From NCBI GenBank assembly GCA_000004985.1, contig GG739614.1: DNA of 1,018 bases; one strand, written 5' to 3'. The notes below the pieces were generated by a model. That model had not been told where the DNA came from. It did no database searches and saw nothing but the letters and a program-made list of their open reading frames with translations. Source of the DNA: Naegleria gruberi (taxonomy: Eukaryota). Within the stretch, counting starts at the first letter, position 1, and every line of letters begins with the position of its first letter. Position numbers and translations under genes: made by a program. Of the stretch, positions 1 to 1,018 are shown piece by piece.

Positions 1-287
1 ATATGACCATATTTTTGACTGAAATTTTTTAAAATTTTTGTCCTCACTTCATTTCTAGCCGATTTTAAAATAACCAAATACTGTAAAACATTATATTCCT
101 CTTGTAATATATGCATAAAATCGATTAAAAAAATTAACCCGTTTCTACCCAATATATTCTTTATAATAGACCTGTATACTCAATTATACTACCATTAAAT
201 CGTCTAAATCGAATGTAAAAAAAGTGAATTCCGAAAGTCACTATATTTATAATCAAATTAAATCTATGGACACCGGTCTCTTAATCG

Positions 288-305
288 GAATCGCCTGAAT
301 CGCCC
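288..305 (+). repeat. 9-bp tandem direct repeat GAATCGCCT-GAATCGCCC inside G+C island A
   Basis: Exact 8-mer GAATCGCC at 288-295 and 297-304. A third TGAATCGC lies at 376-383, and AATCG also occurs at 283-287. Confidence 0.7.
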
Positions 306-312
306 TCCTTCA

Positions 313-323
313 TTTTTTTTTTT
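313..323 (+). repeat. T11 homopolymer tract, present in copy 1 only
   Basis: It reads CA-T11-GAAAACG. The equivalent stretch in copy 2 (684-696) is CACTTCTATTTGT, the same length but heteropolymeric. Confidence 0.9.
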
Positions 324-488
324 GAAAACGTTAGCTACGCGATACATTCATTGATTATGCAATTACGGAACCGTCTGAATCGCAGCCGTTCGGGAGTTGG
401 GTACCTCAAAAAATTGATATTATTATATATCATTGTATAGTCAAATAACTATTATATCAAAAATGGCTAGAACCCAGCCGTTCAAAAG

Positions 489-516
489 TTGACAATGATT
501 TTTATGAATATATATC
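489..516 (+). promoter_or_regulatory. Sigma70-like promoter candidate: TTGACA (489-494), 16-bp spacer, TATATC (511-516). An A-rich stretch lies upstream and TG sits at 505-506
   Basis: The -35 is a perfect consensus. The -10 matches TATAAT at 4 of 6 positions. -10-like hexamers are common in AT-rich DNA, so specificity is low. Confidence 0.3.
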
Positions 517-660
517 TATCTATTATCTATATAACCTTTTGTAAAGATTTTATTTTATAGAAATTGATTTTTGAGCATGTTTCAAACATAAAAAAAGTGA
601 ATTCCGAAAGTCACTATATCTATAATCAAATTAAATCTATGGACACCGGTCTCTTAATCG

Positions 661-678
661 GAATCGCCTGAATCGCCC
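661..678 (+). repeat. 9-bp tandem direct repeat GAATCGCCT-GAATCGCCC (copy-2 equivalent)
   Basis: Identical to 288-305 at the +373 offset. The third TGAATCGC lies at 749-756. Confidence 0.7.
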
Positions 679-861
679 TCCTTCACTTCTATTTGTGAAA
701 ACGTTAGCTACGCGATACATTCATTGATTATGCAATTACGGAACCGTCTGAATCGCAGCCGTTCGGGAGTCGGGTACCTCAAAAAATTGATATTATTATA
801 TATCATTGTATAGTCAAATAACTATTATATCAAAAATGGCTAGAACCCAGCCGTTCAAAAG

Positions 862-889
862 TTGACAATGATTTTTATGAATATATATC
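862..889 (+). promoter_or_regulatory. Copy-2 equivalent of the promoter candidate: TTGACA 862-867, TATATC 884-889. It faces the right flank
   Basis: Same sequence at the +373 offset. It sits about 60 bp upstream of the ATG at 950, which opens a frame running off the window. Confidence 0.3.
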
Positions 890-947
890 TATCTATTATC
901 TATATAACCTTTTGTACAGATTTTATTTTATAGAAATTGATCCTTGA

Positions 948-974
948 GCATGTTTCAAAAACCCAAAAACATGC
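948..974. other. Inverted repeat / potential hairpin: GCATGTTT (948-955), 11-nt loop, AAACATGC (967-974)
   Basis: Perfect 8-bp complementary arms, but only 3 G:C pairs. Neither strand has a T-run after the stem, so it is not a canonical intrinsic terminator. It spans the right boundary of repeat copy 2. Confidence 0.5.
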
Positions 975-1018
975 ACTTCGGGTCTCTGACTTCATGGTTG
1001 TCTATTTGCGGAACTGTT
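950..1018 (+). CDS. Possible 5' end of a flanking ORF (MFQKPKNMHFGSLTSWLSICGTV...), open to the window edge
   Basis: ATG at 950 with an in-frame stop upstream (TGA at 938-940). The frame is open through 1018. There is no recognisable Shine-Dalgarno sequence and only 23 codons are visible. This call is mutually exclusive with the minus-strand call below. Confidence 0.15.
   Translation, partial: MFQKPKNMHFGSLTSWLSICGTV
955..1018 (-). CDS. Possible 3' end of a minus-strand ORF entering from the right (...TVPQIDNHEVRDPKCMFLGF*), stop TGA = complement of 955-957
   Basis: Minus-strand frame open from 1017 down to 958, ending at the stop complement of 955-957. Only 20 codons are visible and I recognise no motif in them. 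Confidence 0.15.
   Translation of the reverse strand, partial: TVPQIDNHEVRDPKCMFLGF

Larger units (their letters stand above)
217..589. repeat. Tandem direct repeat, unit copy 1 (373 bp)
   Basis: Direct alignment with a 373-bp offset. GTGAATTCCGAAAGTCAC at 224 matches 597, and CACCGGTCTC at 271 matches 644. Position 217 is the first base of the A7 run, and sequence upstream of it does not match the sequence upstream of copy 2. Confidence 0.9.
590..972. repeat. Tandem direct repeat, unit copy 2 (383 bp; 590-959 colinear with copy 1, then a 10-bp insertion relative to copy 1, then CAT)
   Basis: There are 9 substitutions against copy 1, at copy-1/copy-2 positions 247/620, 313/686, 316/689, 318/691, 322/695, 398/771, 544/917, 569/942 and 570/943. 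Copy 1 ends TTTCAAA-CAT and copy 2 ends TTTCAAA-AACCCAAAAA-CAT. Unique right-flank sequence begins at 973. Confidence 0.85.

Noticed and set aside
15-43. Promoter from TTGACT at 15-20
   Set aside because: With a 16-18 bp spacer the -10 positions read TTGTCC or TTTGTC, which do not match. TAAAAT at 30-35 is only 9 bp away.
223-242. Hammerhead or other small self-cleaving ribozyme core around CCGAAAGTCAC. The viroid-like size of the unit prompted the check
   Set aside because: There is no CUGANGA box and no three-helix arrangement. Only a 5-bp stem (AGTGA/TCACT) around an EcoRI palindrome is present. The two copies have diverged and are flanked by unique DNA, which fits a genomic duplication rather than a replicon.
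300-312. Shine-Dalgarno AAGGAGGG on the minus strand (complement of CCCTCCTT)
   Set aside because: The only ATG nearby, ATGAAGGAG..., overlaps the motif instead of lying 5-10 nt downstream. It gives a 10-codon frame ending at TAA.
286-323. Rho-independent terminator (G+C island followed by T11)
   Set aside because: There is no inverted repeat or stem immediately upstream of the T-run. The preceding sequence GGAATCGCCTGAATCGCCC is a direct repeat, not an inverted one.
226-405. Palindromic restriction-type hexamers (GAATTC 226-231, ACCGGT 272-277, GGTACC 400-405; GGTCTC at 275-280 and 981-986)
   Set aside because: Short palindromes are expected by chance and the sequence gives no evidence for a restriction-modification context.
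266-410. tRNA or tRNA-like gene in the G+C-rich islands
   Set aside because: GTTC occurrences (CCGTTCGGGAG, CCGTTCAAAAG) and their reverse complements (GGGTTCTAGCC, GGTTCCG) do not fit the T-loop G53-T54-T55-C56-R57-A58..C61 pattern with a 5-bp stem. I could not build an acceptor stem or an anticodon stem either.
414-460. Dyad symmetries in the AT-rich core (TGATAT..ATATCA at 415-432; TTGATAT....ATATCAA at 414-460)
   Set aside because: The stems are almost entirely A:T. This level of self-complementarity is expected in low-complexity AT-rich sequence, so I noted it but did not call it.
400-540. DnaA boxes or oriC-type origin in the AT-rich core
   Set aside because: There is no TTATNCACA or TGTGNATAA match. 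The nearest candidate, TTATCTATA, fails at the conserved CACA. An AT-rich tract with no DnaA boxes is not enough to call an origin.
577-589. ParB parS site
   Set aside because: Only the TGTTTCA half-arm resembles parS. The central CACGTG of the 16-bp TGTTTCACGTGAAACA consensus is missing in both the collapsed (577-589) and the expanded (948-974) versions.
217-972. CRISPR array
   Set aside because: There are only two repeat copies. The repeat is about 373 bp, against 24-48 bp expected for CRISPR repeats, and the copies are contiguous with no unique spacers between them.

Overview
This 1018-bp window is AT-rich (roughly 30% G+C by eye) and appears to be non-coding. On either strand I found no ORF longer than about 50 codons, and none with a credible start and Shine-Dalgarno in front of it. 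The dominant feature is a head-to-tail tandem duplication of a ~373-bp unit: copy 1 spans 217-589 and copy 2 spans 590-972, with unique sequence on both sides (1-216 and 973-1018). The two copies differ by 9 substitutions over ~370 aligned bases (about 97.6% identity), plus a 10-bp indel at the unit end. Four of the nine substitutions fall inside one 11-nt stretch. That stretch is a T11 homopolymer in copy 1 and the heteropolymer CACTTCTATTTGT in copy 2. Each unit has three G+C-rich islands in an AT-rich background, and these carry short reiterated motifs: GAATCGCC x2 in tandem plus a third TGAATCGC, and CAGCCGTTC x2. Each unit also contains a consensus TTGACA -35 hexamer with a weak -10 at the right spacing. 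At the right edge, G+C content rises and either strand has an open frame running out of the window. This may be the edge of a flanking gene. I cannot name the organism or assign any known RNA family; none of the islands fits a tRNA cloverleaf, a CRISPR array, an intrinsic terminator or a hammerhead core. My best reading is a recently duplicated intergenic regulatory or ncRNA module, or two copies of a non-autonomous repeat element. Functional assignment needs a database search, a covariance-model scan and transcript data.
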